Below are positions 1 to 11,908 of a DNA stretch of 64,000 bases, in pieces. The notes under the pieces were generated by a model. The model worked only from the letters and a program-made list of their open reading frames with translations. It searched no databases and was not told the origin of the DNA. Source of the stretch: Amoebophrya sp. A120 (taxonomy: Eukaryota; Protista; Dinoflagellata); assembly GCA_905178155.1 (NCBI GenBank), contig CAJINV010000007.1, positions 2,461,151 through 2,525,150 of the forward strand, in the 5' to 3' direction. A program made the position numbers and the translations under genes. The number at the start of each line of letters is the position of its first letter. Positions within the stretch are counted from its first letter, which is position 1.

Positions 1-961
1 CCACGATCGTTTTCTTGTTCAACTCGTGCGCATAGCAATAGCTTTAGCCAATACAGATCACGTCGTCGACGTCATTTGTCATTTTCTCTCAAGGCAGCAG
101 CCCCAGCCCCACATCGCTCGCAGGAGGTATAGAAGACAAAGCCGATGCTTTTTTTCAAAATTCAAATTTTTGGCAGAGGCTGTTCACTTCCATAAGCTGG
201 TCTTCCTCCATGCGCAACATCTGGTTCTTGATGCTTCAGTTTTTTCTTTGCAGCTTTTTGTACAGCTCACCTGCTTCTGTTACTTTCGAAAGTAGCCATA
301 TGCAGAAACATACTGTACAGATGAATCTTCTCAAACCAAAAACCATTCTACAAGTAAGGGAAAAACAAGCGGTACTAGACACATCAAACAATGATCCGAT
401 GAAAAAAACATTCATAAAGAAGGTAGTACGACTTCGTAGAAAAATTCACAAACATGTCAGCTGGTTGTAGTTGTAGGAAACGGAAGCACATACAGGCAAT
501 GAATAATGGCGAAATTATAGATGTCGAGGTAGTTCAGGTTCACGCTGACACAAGTCAACTCGAGCTCAAATGCGGATACACAAGAAACTCTCTTGATATT
601 GAATGTTGAAACAAAGACAAATTGAAAATCATCACTATTTTCTTTGCAAATACAAAAGGCAACAACCAAAAAAACTCCGACCCCGCGCCCCCTTTTGGTT
701 TCCATCTTAAATTTTTCCTTCCCAAATGATTTTCCGCTCTTCCAGTTTCTTGGCACTGCTGCCCTATGCAGTGCAAAATTATTTATAGAATTTCTCTTTT
801 CATCCTTGCCCGAAGTTTGTAATGCGCAGCTGCACGTGGGCGTGCGTACGCGTACATGTACAGGTACAGCAGTAGCTACCGTTACACTGGTGTTTGTACA
901 TTGTACCTATCTGCTTTCTATCATGCATTACAAACTTCTCTAGCTCTGCTCTAAGTGGCTT

Positions 962-3900
962 TTATGTTTCTTTAGATGATTTTGCAAGGCATATGCTCAG
1001 CAGGGCGTCCAGATACGCCGTGGCTGAGGCACTGGACTTCGACAAAGCCTTAGGCGCCATCTCCTGGTCGTACGAGTTGGTTCGGCTTAACGCGTTTTTC
1101 AAGTAGTCTTCCAGTTTTTCTTCTTCTTCTTCCCGTCCCTGCTTGACCTTCTCGCCCACCGCTTCCCGGACGAAGTACGAGCGCAGCACGATCTCGCAGG
1201 GGCGCCTGTGCGCCAACAAGTTCTGCCGTCGCTCCGGCGTCAGCTCCGCGTAGGGTTCTCCGCAAACCTTCACGATGTACTCTCCCTTCTGCACGCCGCT
1301 GGTTTCTGCCCACGAATCCGCGACGATGTCGACGATAAAGTGATCGCGAATGTGAAACCCGAAGCCGAGTTTCTCCACCCCGAAGGGCACCGTGACGGTG
1401 CGCTCTGTGTACAGGCGCTGCTCGATAGGCTATCAAAGTGAAAAAAGCCCCCACCCCATACCGGAGACGGAAGATGCGCGAATTTGTGATGCTGTATTTG
1501 AGTACACAAGTCGACTTGTATTGCTAGAAGGCCAAGAGACGAGGCTGCGGCCTAAATTGCAGGCAATCTGTCATGCTGTTTCCCACTTCCAGTTGCCTCC
1601 TGTCATCCTGGAGCTGCAAGGCTTTCCCACGCTAGACAGCACTACAGTCCGCATCTTTTGCCTTCTAGCATCACAAAGCTGATTTTTGACCACAAATCTG
1701 CATCACAGATTTTCGCCTTGATATGGGGAGGGGGGACTTTTCATTGCAATATAGGCGGCTTGATGTTCATCGACCCCGTCACCGCTCCTGTGCTCGGGCT
1801 GGAAAGAATTTCTGAAGAGGTCATCTTAGAATGCATCGCGGGAACGACCACCGGAGACTCTCCATCCGGGTGGTCCTCCTTTCCCTCTTCATCTGGCCCG
1901 CCGGAGGAAATTTGCATCCTCTCCGCTTCGTCGGCCCCCCGTTCCCCCTCTGCGTAGGCGCTGCTCTGAAAAAACGTCGGAGATTGCAGCTTCTGGTGGG
2001 GGTGGGGCTTTGAACTACCTGAGCTTTTTTGCTTTTCGTCGTAACGAAAATAACGAGATCGTGAACCAGAAGCTTTTTCTTGATCAACAAACGACTCCAC
2101 TGCGGCAGGAACTGAATTTTCTGCTGCAGCTGCTGCTACAGGCGCCGACTTCTCGAGGAGGGACGACAAAGAATCCCGCTCCTGTGTCGGTGCACCATCT
2201 TCAAATACACCACTATCCTCTTCCCCCTCGTCCCCTATTGCGGTACCGCCAGCAAAGGCTGCGAAAGCGGCTTCCATTTTTCTCTGTTTCGGCGAGAGCT
2301 TGGCCACCGGTTGTACCGCCGAAGCCTGTCCACCGCGTGGTCGTGGTGAGGCACTTTCTCCGGGAGTTTTTTCATGCAGGGTGACCTGGTCGACGTCGAG
2401 CTCGTCCACCGCGGCTGCGCTACTATTAAATACCGCAGCTGCGACGTCCTCTGCTGACTGATACAGCTGCGGAGTTGTGCTTGTGGTTCTAGAAACTCTT
2501 GGATTCGAAACCCAATGGTCGTGCACAACCCAAATATTCCCGGTTCCGGTCAACACGACGTAATTCGGATCATAGGTGTCGAAGCACCGGATGCCCGGGA
2601 CCTGAAATCCGCACAGGTGATTGCGATTCACCTGCATGTAGTCGCGAAGCTTGTACTTGCGCAGCAACCCCCGGCAGAAGAGACTCACCGGCGCGGAAGT
2701 TTTCCGCGAAAAGCACTTCGCCGTAATTCTGCAGTAGCTTTCCAGGTCCGTCAGCGTTTTGTTTATTTCCCCCGACAGCAAATCATGATTTTTCAAGCTA
2801 CTGCTGCTCGAGGTACTGTAGTTGCTGTAGTTGGTTGCAACGACCTGTCCTGCGAAAGAGAAGTCATCCGCCGACAGTGCCTCTACGGAAATTGGTGCAG
2901 TCGCGGCAGCGAGGAGACTATGCTTGAGGACAACCGAAGTGTCGGCGTCCAGACAGACGGCGGAGAGACTGCGGCTGCTCGTGCACACGAGCGAGATGGA
3001 GCGGTAGGTAGCGGGTTTTTCTTTTCTGGTTTCGTACGGGTTGGCCTTGATTTTCTCAGCTGCTCTTATTTCGGATGCTTCTGTTGTCGTGCTGCTGTTC
3101 ACGTACACCCTCAAGCTGGTCGAGTCAAAGGTCTTCGGCAAGCGATTCGAAGGCACTTCCAGCACGTTCAGACTCTTCCCCGCAGATCCATGCGGCCCTC
3201 CGCGTGGTGAGGTAATCGCAACGTCAAGGTGCCGGTGTCCTTCCTTGTTTGTTTCATCAGAGGAGTCACTCTTGTTGTTTTTCGGAGTCCTCTTGTTTTT
3301 CAGCTCATCAATAGGATCATCTCCAACAAGCCCAATGGCGGTTGCGATTCTGGCCAAAAACGGCGATGCCTCGTAGCTCGTCTTCGAGACTGCACTAGTT
3401 GGTGCTGGCGAAGCCCCGAGGCCTAGCGGCGGTTCTCCAAGTTTTTTGACATAGTCATTCGTATTCTGGCTTTCTCCATCTTGCGCTGCCGGCGGTGAAA
3501 TAAAGGAAGAGACTCTATCCTCAAAGATCCCTCCGTCAATCGACACCGGCTTGGCCAATTTCCGCCAGACCAGCAAGGCCGCCCCGAGGTCTAAATCCAC
3601 CTCTAGGATGGACGGCGCAGTTGGGGATGTGGCCAGCTGGTGCACAGCAACTCCAGCGGAAGTCGTAGCGCCGTAACCGCTGGCGCCCCCTGTTTCCGAA
3701 GCTGTAGCAGATCCTCTTAAGACCCGCCATTCAAAGTCCTCTCCCGCTCCGGAATAGTCGCCGTCCGTTAGGTCGCAGGCGAAGTTTAGCTTGTATTCCG
3801 GTAACAGAGGAATCTGCCCAACCGCGTTTCCGGACAGGGTAAATATGCTTTCCATGGAGGCATGCTGCTGTTGATTCTCGTGTGCTTGCGCACACACAAC

Positions 3901-6687
3901 AAGTGGTCCTACTTGCGCCGATGGTTCTTGCACCAGCACCTGCGCATTAGTCGCTCTCGTCGCACTCTGGCTTTGCTCTTGTTTTCCCGGACTGCTGACC
4001 AACCTGACGTCGCTGCCCACAGGGTTCAGCAATGGTCCGGTCCGGTTTTGGTCGGGGAACGTCGAGAATATTGGCTCAACGCCGGGAATCATGGGCTTTT
4101 GGACCTGATAAGATAAAGATGCATGGATCGATGTTGTCACAACCATAAATTCAATTGTGAGAAATATCCGCTTAGAACTTTAGGCTTCACTCCACGTGAT
4201 GAACACCTTTTATGTAAGCATGACGCTACACAAAAGACTACTAAACGACATCAATGCAGATAACCAAAATCGAACCCACCGCAGTACCGTCTTCGGCTGC
4301 TTCAGCCCCACCGTCCTACTGCCAGAGCCGGTGAATGACAGTGGCTTCGTCAGAAACGCAGACTCTTGCAACAACGGCGTGGTGTGCAATATAGAGCTGG
4401 CCGTGGCGGCGCTTAGCGGAAGTGCCCGGCTAGTGCTCTGCGATGTTGAAGGTGGATCCGCTAGTCCTGCGCCAGGCGGTGGTAGTCCAAGGGTCAAGTT
4501 CACTGGGGGCTGCAGATAGTTTACGCCGGTACTAGGTGTACTAATCATGCCCGTGGTCGTGCCGTGCTCGCCGCCTACGGGGGAGAAGTTTTGTTGATGT
4601 TGCACCATCCCCGATGTGACCGACGAGAAAAACACAACCCGCCCATCTGGCAAAATCGCGCTCGAGGGTGCGTAACGGATGCTGGTAGCTTTGTAGTACT
4701 GGGACTGAGTAGTTGGAGAGCCAGGGGGGGACGAAGAAGAAGACCTCTTTGCGGCCCGACTCCCACTCTGGATGTTCTCGTCCTCCTCTTTCGGACTCCC
4801 CGGTGCCGGCGGTGATTTTGTTACATTGTCCTTACTGTTTGTCTTTGTGCTGTTTTCTTCCCCCGCCGCGTGGCCGCCACCGGAACTACGAGCTAAAGCA
4901 GGACTCGCTGCGCTTGACAACGCCCCATTCACGACAGCCGCGCCTTCCTGTTGCGTCGCCCGGTTCACCGCGCGCTTCAATTTCTGCCGCGCGCCCTCGA
5001 CGACGAACTTCTTTCGCTCCTTCTCCCGTAGCGCCGCTGCCTGCTCTTTGTCCTTCTCGCTTTTGCTTTCAAAAAGCGACGCCATGGTCGGGCGCGCGTA
5101 GTGCGGCAACTCCTTCTGTTGCTCCTGCACTCTTTTCACCACGTCAGCGAAAGATTTCATCTTGGTCTTCCGTACTGGCTGCTCTACGTCTTGAGCAGAA
5201 TCTTCTTTATCATAACTGTTGGCCGCCGCCGCAGTCGGCGTTGCGGTTTGCGGTCTTCTTGTGGAAGAAGCAAACACCGGCTTGAAGCGTGACGGTACAG
5301 AACTATTTCCATTCGATGCAATATTTGTTTTCGTCGTTGCGTCCTCGTCGTACTTGCTCAACATGCTCGCATTTTCGTTTCCATTTCCTGACGCTGTCTC
5401 GTGCAGATCCACGCGAACTGTCGGTGTTTTAGCATGTTGTTGCTGATGCAGTTGCTGCTGGATGTTCTGTCGTACCACTGCCGTTGCGCGCCCTTCGGGA
5501 AGAGTTGTGCCCGCTTTAGTGGTCTCGGCGTGGTAATCGTTGCTGTTCATCGTATTGTTTCCTCCAGCATCGAAAACACTTACCCTTTCTTTCCGCTCCA
5601 TCTGTTGCAACAGACCCTGAACGAGCTGCAAACTCTTCCCCAAATTCTGTGGCGTTCTCAAATGTTACATTCTCAACTGTTACATGAATTTGTAATGCAA
5701 GAACGGCGAAAGTGAAAGGTGGAAGATTGCGCCTTTTGCATTACAGATTTGGCACAGATTTAGATGCTGTCTAGCCCTTCGGATATTTGTCATGCGAAGC
5801 AGCTTGATCGCGGCGATCTTGGTGGTGCATTTGCATCACAAATCATGTAACAGTTGAGAATGTAACAGTTGAGAACGCCATAAATTCAGACTGACCCGGT
5901 CCGCCGAACTGGCACTGGATACCCTAGAAGCCGTCCGGGCACCTCCGTGGTCGGCACGCACCGGGCCGGGGGGATGAAGCACTTTTTGGAATCGACCGTT
6001 CAGCGGATGACGAGAAGGAGCCCCGTTTTCTTGTTGAGCATGGTGGTGTAGCTCCAAAGTGGCAGCTGCGAACGCCCCGCTGGCCGTAGTCCTCTGCGCA
6101 ACACTAGACGCAGCTGTTTCTCGTTGATTTTGATGTAGCCCAGCATCCACTTCATTTTGATTATCATTATGATTTGTTTCGGTTAAATCACTCGTCACCA
6201 CGCCGTCCTGTCCAAACTGCCGCGGTGTCTTCACCGTCTCGAGGCGCACGTTTCGTAAAAAAGGTTCCGGAAACTTCGTGTTTTCGATCAAGCGAAACAC
6301 CTGCGGAAACGCCTTCCTCGACAAATTCAACGCGTCCATATTTCTCGCCACGTTGTCGGGAAGCGCTTTGCTGCCGTGGCGGGCCGGAGCGCTGGTGGCC
6401 TCAACGTAGTTTTTTGTACTACTATTCGGTGGAGGGACCGCAGAGCCTGAACCAGCAGAAGGTGAGCCACCCACGACTGGAGCCACGCTCGGTGACGAGT
6501 TTAATGCGTTCAGTTCTCGCAACTGTGACTGCTCGAGCACGCGTCTGGGCGTATTGCTCGGAACAGAACTCATCCGTGTCGCCAACGCCTCGGCGTGCAA
6601 CCGCATTTTCCGTCGGGTCCGCTCGGTCAAGTCGTGCGTGTCCATGATCCGCGGTGTTGTGGAACCAAAAACGGAAGACGACATCAT
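962..6687 (-). CDS. Large low-complexity protein with C-terminal PDZ domain (multi-exon)
   Basis: ORFs 5836..6687, 4210..5661, 1741..4146 and 962..1390 join in frame via introner 5648-5882 (RVSLN|LGKSLQ), a probable GT-AG intron ~4106-4285, and introner 1431-1751 (KPPI|EQRLY). Last ORF has a PDZ signature KLGFGF...SWAETSGVQKGEYIVKVCG. The 3' end may continue into small exons at <600. Confidence 0.65.
1431..1751. mobile_element. TIR introner, 321 bp, TSD TAGGC
   Basis: Left end tatcaaagtgaaaaaagcccccaccccata vs reverse complement of right end tattgcaatgaaaagtcccccctccccata. taggc at 1426-1430 and 1752-1756. Removing 326 bp restores frame. Confidence 0.85.
5648..5882. mobile_element. TIR introner family A, 235 bp, TSD AATTC
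   Basis: ~40-bp TIR t(g/a)tggcgttctcaa(a/c)tgttacattctcaactgttacatga. aattc at 5643-5647 and 5883-5887. Removing 240 bp joins two ORFs in frame. Homologous to 57393-57627 in opposite orientation. Confidence 0.93.
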
Positions 6688-7151
6688 ATATAATGCTGCG
6701 CGATCAAGAGATTTGTTTGGATTTGCTATAGTAAAAATCCGTCGATGAACACTACTTGTCGAGCATGGCGAAAGAAGATGCGAGTGCTTGAACTTGATTC
6801 TGATCCTCGTTGGCCAGTTTTGCTTTTGGCTCTACCAGGACCGGGACAGCAGGAAAAACCTCCACATAGGCGTAACTACTATACTCTACTGCCCTCCTTC
6901 TAAAAAAAAGCTGAAGCTACTAATAGAAAAATGGGAGCAAGTGGAATTCTTTGTGCAATAATGATGAATCGGAATCGCAAACGCAGTGGGCATTTGATAT
7001 ACTCCAGTAACCACTGTAGTTTCTACTTTCGGTTCTGTTGACTCTTCGTATCAATTTTTTACGATGTGAAAGCTGTACATCTTCATACAACGACTGAAAC
7101 GATTAATTACGATTTCATACCCACGACCACGAGGTTGATCAACATGACAAG

Positions 7152-7208
7152 TGGCTGCAAAACGATCAGATCAGATCAGATCTGATCGTTTTGTTGGCTG
7201 CAAAACGA
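7152..7208. repeat. Perfect 15-bp-stem hairpin plus short direct repeat
   Basis: caaaacgatcagatc (7158-7172) pairs with gatctgatcgttttg (7179-7193); tggctgcaaaacga occurs at 7152 and 7195. Confidence 0.75.
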
Positions 7209-8187
7209 CTCAGATTAGATCTGACAGATCTATCAGAAACCACATCAATAACAAAGGCAAAGGAGCCTTGAATACGATACCGAAGAATCATTCATCGACT
7301 ACAGAAAAGTTGCTGGATCATACCTCCTACAACAAAGCTTCACAAGCGAACAGATGCAGAGAAGAAGCCTAGACAGCACATTACATGTTTTTCACATCAA
7401 TTCCTCTCCGCAGTTTAAGTTTTCTTCTTTTGGAAAAAGTACAAATGCTGGGTGCATCAAACGCACCTTGTCAACGCCAGGTGGGGGTAAAAACTTGCTA
7501 TAGTGGTTCTCAACATGTCGCTCTTCTTATTGCCATCTTTTTTCAAAACTTACAGAATCTCGTCTGAGGTAGAAACGAATTTTCGCTAATTTGGATCGTT
7601 GGAACTCATGCTAGTAGGTGTAGAAAGTTATCGTCGGTATTTGGTTCTGTTTCTGTACTAGTAGCAAGTGTAATTTCATTAATTTGTGGGTTAGGACGAG
7701 CTGCCGCGTGCTTATATATAATGATAGGCACTTCTTTGGGTAGTTGACCAAATAACTTGCAACTGGGGCGGGGGGGGGCTGACGTCGACGCCAGGAACCG
7801 GTGTGCCTCCTGTTTCTCTGTCACCCATAAAAAAGTGTTTCGATGCAGTGCCAGCACGACCTCGTCCAGCCTGTACAACATGATCCACAGAGAGCCTCCA
7901 GGGGTGATCTTGAGGCTTATTTTTGTGGCTGTAAATAACTTGAAATTGATCAATGATGCAGTGGTCATTTACAACAATAGGGTTTTGGTACAATGAAATT
8001 TTCATCACTTGCATAAAAATGATAAAAAGTAACGTAACACAATGTCAAGGTCAACGTATACTTCTAGATGGTGCTCTTCACTGAGCACAGGTACAACAAT
8101 AATCCTCCGTTGAAGATGAGTTTCGATTTGAAAAATAATCACGATTCATCGTGTACTAGGTGAACACAGGAGGCGCCGCGCTGCGGA

Positions 8188-10918
8188 TTAGGCCGTTCCA
8201 CTTCCTGCACTGTGCTCCTCCCCAACCTTCTTGAAGTGCAGATCCCAATCGTACGTTCGCGCCCACTCCGGGGTGTGCGCCGAGTCGATCCACAGAGCTA
8301 AGTCGCGGTCCTCCTTGTGCTTGAAATCTGGGGCACGCGGGTTCCGCTTGTCGTTGCGGCAATCCAACCTGAGGTTGCAATTGATGCGTGCATCATAATG
8401 CATTCTCATGCTTCCTGACTGATTATTTGGACAAATGCGCGAACACGATGAAGCCGCACGGCATGTTGACAAGAATCACAAAAAAACCTCATACCAGTCT
8501 GCTCCTTCCATTTTCAAAGATTCCCACTTCTTCTCCACCGGGATGTACGGTTTTCGCTGGTAATTGTTTCGATACGGCGACCGCCCGAACGAGTTTCCAC
8601 CGCTTCGCGGGTAACTGTTGCTGAAAGATGAATGCTATACATTGCAAAAGTAGCATCCTTTGCTTTCCTATCCTCGTACTACTTTTAGTAGAAATAGCAT
8701 TACAGATTTTTCCAGAAGGGAAAATAGGATTTGTTGTGCTGCTTTTGCTATAGAGACGAGATATGTGTGTCATGCTGTAGTGCAATAGCAATTAGCACGA
8801 GTGCGAAGATACTTTTGCAATTCATAACCGCGGTTGCCCGTACTGCGACCGGGGCGGGAGACTGAAGAGCGTTTTGTTCGAGATTTGTAGTTCTTCATCT
8901 TCTGCTAGTCCTAGTGCGGGTAGTTCTATTAAATCCACAGTTTCTACATCAATGAGTCATGTCTTTGAACCATAACGTTTCGTTGCGTTCCTTTCGAGTG
9001 TTATCCACAATGATCACACACCCAAGCGGCCCATTGGACCGCGCCTATTCATTGGGGCTGGGCGAAGCAGGCCGTGCCTAGTGTCCCTAGCGGGGAACAG
9101 CCCACTCCACCACCTGCCCCCAGGCGGGCAAGACCCCCCCAGAACCCCACCTACGGTGGTTGAATGGGGGGAAACGCGCCAGCCCCAGCCCCACTTGCCC
9201 ACCAGGGGAAAACAGAAAACCCATCCACGGCAAACAGAGCAACCTTCCAACGCGGGCAAAAGTCGCTATAATCAGCAGCAGAGGTGGCTTCGCGTTACCT
9301 TATCCTTACCCGAAGGCCATCACAAAGGAACGTAGTAGAAGAAGCATAGACCATATTTGCAAGGAAAGTGCGCGAAGCGGCAGGCAGCGCCTCCTAACCG
9401 GTAATGAGTAAGAGAAGCAAAGCCCTTCCACGAAAGTAGAAGTAACACTCACTACACCCTAGCCAGCAAGGCCCTGAAGGCAACTCACATCCGCGTCTGG
9501 TGGAACAGCTAGCAACCAAGTAGCAAGGCCAATACCCGCACCATCCAACTGGAAATCCCCGAGTATCACCCGTGCAATATCCAATAAGCAGTACAGCGCC
9601 AGAGTCCCCAAGTCCACCCCCGCAAACGGAAGGAGCTGCCCAAAGGAGGACTCCCGCCCACGTCTACTGCAAAAGAAAGCGAAAGAGAGAGACTAATATA
9701 TATCCGGCGAGGCGGCAATACTGACGTGGCAAACCTACAGGCAGGAGAACAGCGCCGCCATGCACTCCGTCCACTGAGAAACGTCGCAGAGAACGGCTGC
9801 GGTGCCCCACAGGGGAGCGGACAAAAGCGCCGGAAGACCGAAAACTAGCCTAAACCTCCATTCCGAACAAGGCCCGCGGCCCCCTCCCGGGGCGAAGAGA
9901 TAGTTGCGCGCCCAAACGAGTTTCCACCGCTTCGCGGGTAACTGTTGCTGAAGGAGGACCGCGGTTGCCCGTACTGCGACCGGGGCGGCAGACTGGAGAT
10001 ACGTTTGTTCGAGATTTATAGTTTTTGCAGGTCTTCCTCTTCTGCTAGTGCGGGTACTTAGTTCTATTAAATCCAAAATTTCTACACCAGTGCCTCATAC
10101 TCATGTCTTTGAAAAGCTATGACGACTAAGAATACTGGTCAAATTGATCCACTTTGTAGCCTAACGCTTCCAACGCTGCTGCCATGTCCGGTTTTCCTTG
10201 GTAAACCTGAAAATGAAAAAATGGTGTGATCATGATCAACATATAAAAATTCGGCGGGACAAGAACTGTACAACTGTCATTTCGCGGGTGAAAAAAATGA
10301 CTTCACGGATGAGTGTACAGCTAGCATCGAAGTGGTCGAACTCACTGCTGCTGTTTCCTTGCATGAGCCCTGCTGTAGTATGCCGCTTGTAACTACTACT
10401 AGTCTTCTTGAGTTGTACATCGATCAATTCTTGAATAGTACCCTTTCCCGCATCAGCCACTGCTGATAATCCTTCGGCGTTTGATCAATTGCAATCCCCC
10501 GGTGCTTGCCGAAGCGCATCACATACTGCGGACGGCTCCCGTCACTTATGCAAGAGTTGCGCAAAAGTATCGCTATACCTATAGTCGGTATTGTACTGGT
10601 ACTAGTATAACATAAGCTGCAGCTAGAACTTTCCCAAGCTGCATGATGCTAGTTCAAGTAGAGAATGAAAAAATCTGTAATTATTGCCAGCGCCACGAGT
10701 GCTGCGATACTTTTGCAAAGAATAGCAGTTGTGTAGCACCGACTGGACGAGGCTGCGGTACAACTTGCGCCGCCCAGGAGATATTGAAACCTGCCTGCAG
10801 AACAGGATGTGTATGTGATGGGGACGGCTGCGCCACCAAGGGTTGCTAAATTTCGCCCTATCACTGATTGCACCTGAGGAGTCAGCGCTCCGGTGGTCGT
10901 GCGGGAAGCCACAAACAT
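8188..10918 (-). CDS. Putative organellar ssDNA-binding protein: DUF3820-like (FGKH.G) motif + OSB-type PDF motif (multi-exon)
   Basis: Manual splice gives MFVASRTTTGALTPQ|VSISPGRRKLYRSLVQSVLHNC|ISDGSRPQYVMRFGKHRGIAIDQTPKDYQQWLMRER|VYQGKPDMAAALEALGYKVDQFDH|LPPRSQYGQPR|SSFSNSY...EKKWESLKMEGADW|LDCRNDKRNPRAPDFKHKEDRDLALWIDSAHTPEW... GT-AG introns 10207-10441, 8862-10135 and 8369-8494; introners at 10555-10724 and 8636-8826. Contains an internal exon duplication. Confidence 0.6.
8636..8826. mobile_element. TIR introner family F, 191 bp, degenerate TSD (aatgc/accgc)
   Basis: tatacattgcaaaagta vs revcomp tatgaattgcaaaagta. Removing 8631-8826 gives CAA CCG CGG TCA TCT TTC, matching the uninterrupted duplicate at 9908-9992. 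Confidence 0.88.
9908..10113. repeat. Diverged duplicate of 8581-8969 lacking the introner (empty site)
   Basis: Blocks acgagtttccaccgcttcgcgggtaactgttgctgaa and accgcggttgcccgtactgcgaccggggcgg are adjacent here but separated by the element at 8636-8826. Similarity continues through the intron to catgtctttgaa. Confidence 0.9.
10555..10724. mobile_element. Decayed TIR introner family F
   Basis: gcaaaagtatcgc...gcgatacttttgc inverted pair; right end resembles that of 8636-8826; flanks gcaag/gcagt. Removal keeps frame (HNC|ISDG). Confidence 0.6.
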
Positions 10919-11908
10919 GGTTTTCGTTTAGCTTATGTCTTAAAACTGGGACGACGCGGACGTTAAGGTGTTTGTGATGTTAATGGTATATTGCGTTTTG
11001 GATTCGACGTAAGATGTGCTTGTGCGGGACCTGGAGGTACTAATGGTGCGCGCAGTCGTCTCGGTGTGCGTGTGTTCGCAATACAAATACTGCAACCACT
11101 GCTAGTAAAATTTGTGCAACGATTTTTGTACGAAAACCATTCGCTCACTCTGTAAATTCGGTGAGAAGTGCTCCTGGTCGGAAACTGCCCACGTGGTCCG
11201 TCGATCGGCATTTTGATGCACCAACGAAAGTCACCACGCTCTCCGCCCTCAATAAACTTTCTTCTCTCGTCTCTTCATTACGATGTCCTTTTGCGTGCAC
11301 TCCTTTCCCCCTACCCGTTTCTTTATTTTATCACGGTAATAAACACTTTCAATTTATATTTTTCATAAACCCAACGCCAATCTGAACCTCGGTGGTGGCA
11401 CGACTGGACCTTCTTGATGAAAGCGCCAGCACTTGTTCTACTCAGCGAGAAACAAACCTCCGGTGTGTGAAGCCGTGTGATTGGAAAACACGCAGACCTG
11501 TAGCTGGTGCGACGACACTACACAGGAGGCGCGGCAAATTACGCGCAAGATGAAATCGACATCGTCAAGAACCATTCATCTTCCACCGCCACCGAAAAAA
11601 TCCACTTTACTACAGGTACAACATTTGTATTCATTCCCGAGTCAGTCGTCGAAGAAATGTTATTTAGTTTCACTATTATTTCGCGTTCAACGGATGAGAA
11701 CTACTTACGTGCACAAATATTTCGTTCCCGCTTCCCCGGGTCCCAAAGAGATCTTCGCGAAGGTCCGTCTTATTTCTATGTCGTGGTCAAAAAAAATTTT
11801 GATGTCATCAAAAAGCCCATAGTACTTCGGAATGTCATGATGCGTGCAGCAGCAACACACCGGCATCTGAAGTAGCTGTGTTGTAGGAGCAGCTCCAGTT
11901 GTTTCTAT

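Noticed and set aside
9014-9300. GC-rich stretch as rRNA, ITS or structured ncRNA
   Set aside because: No conserved rRNA, tRNA or snRNA motif recognised.
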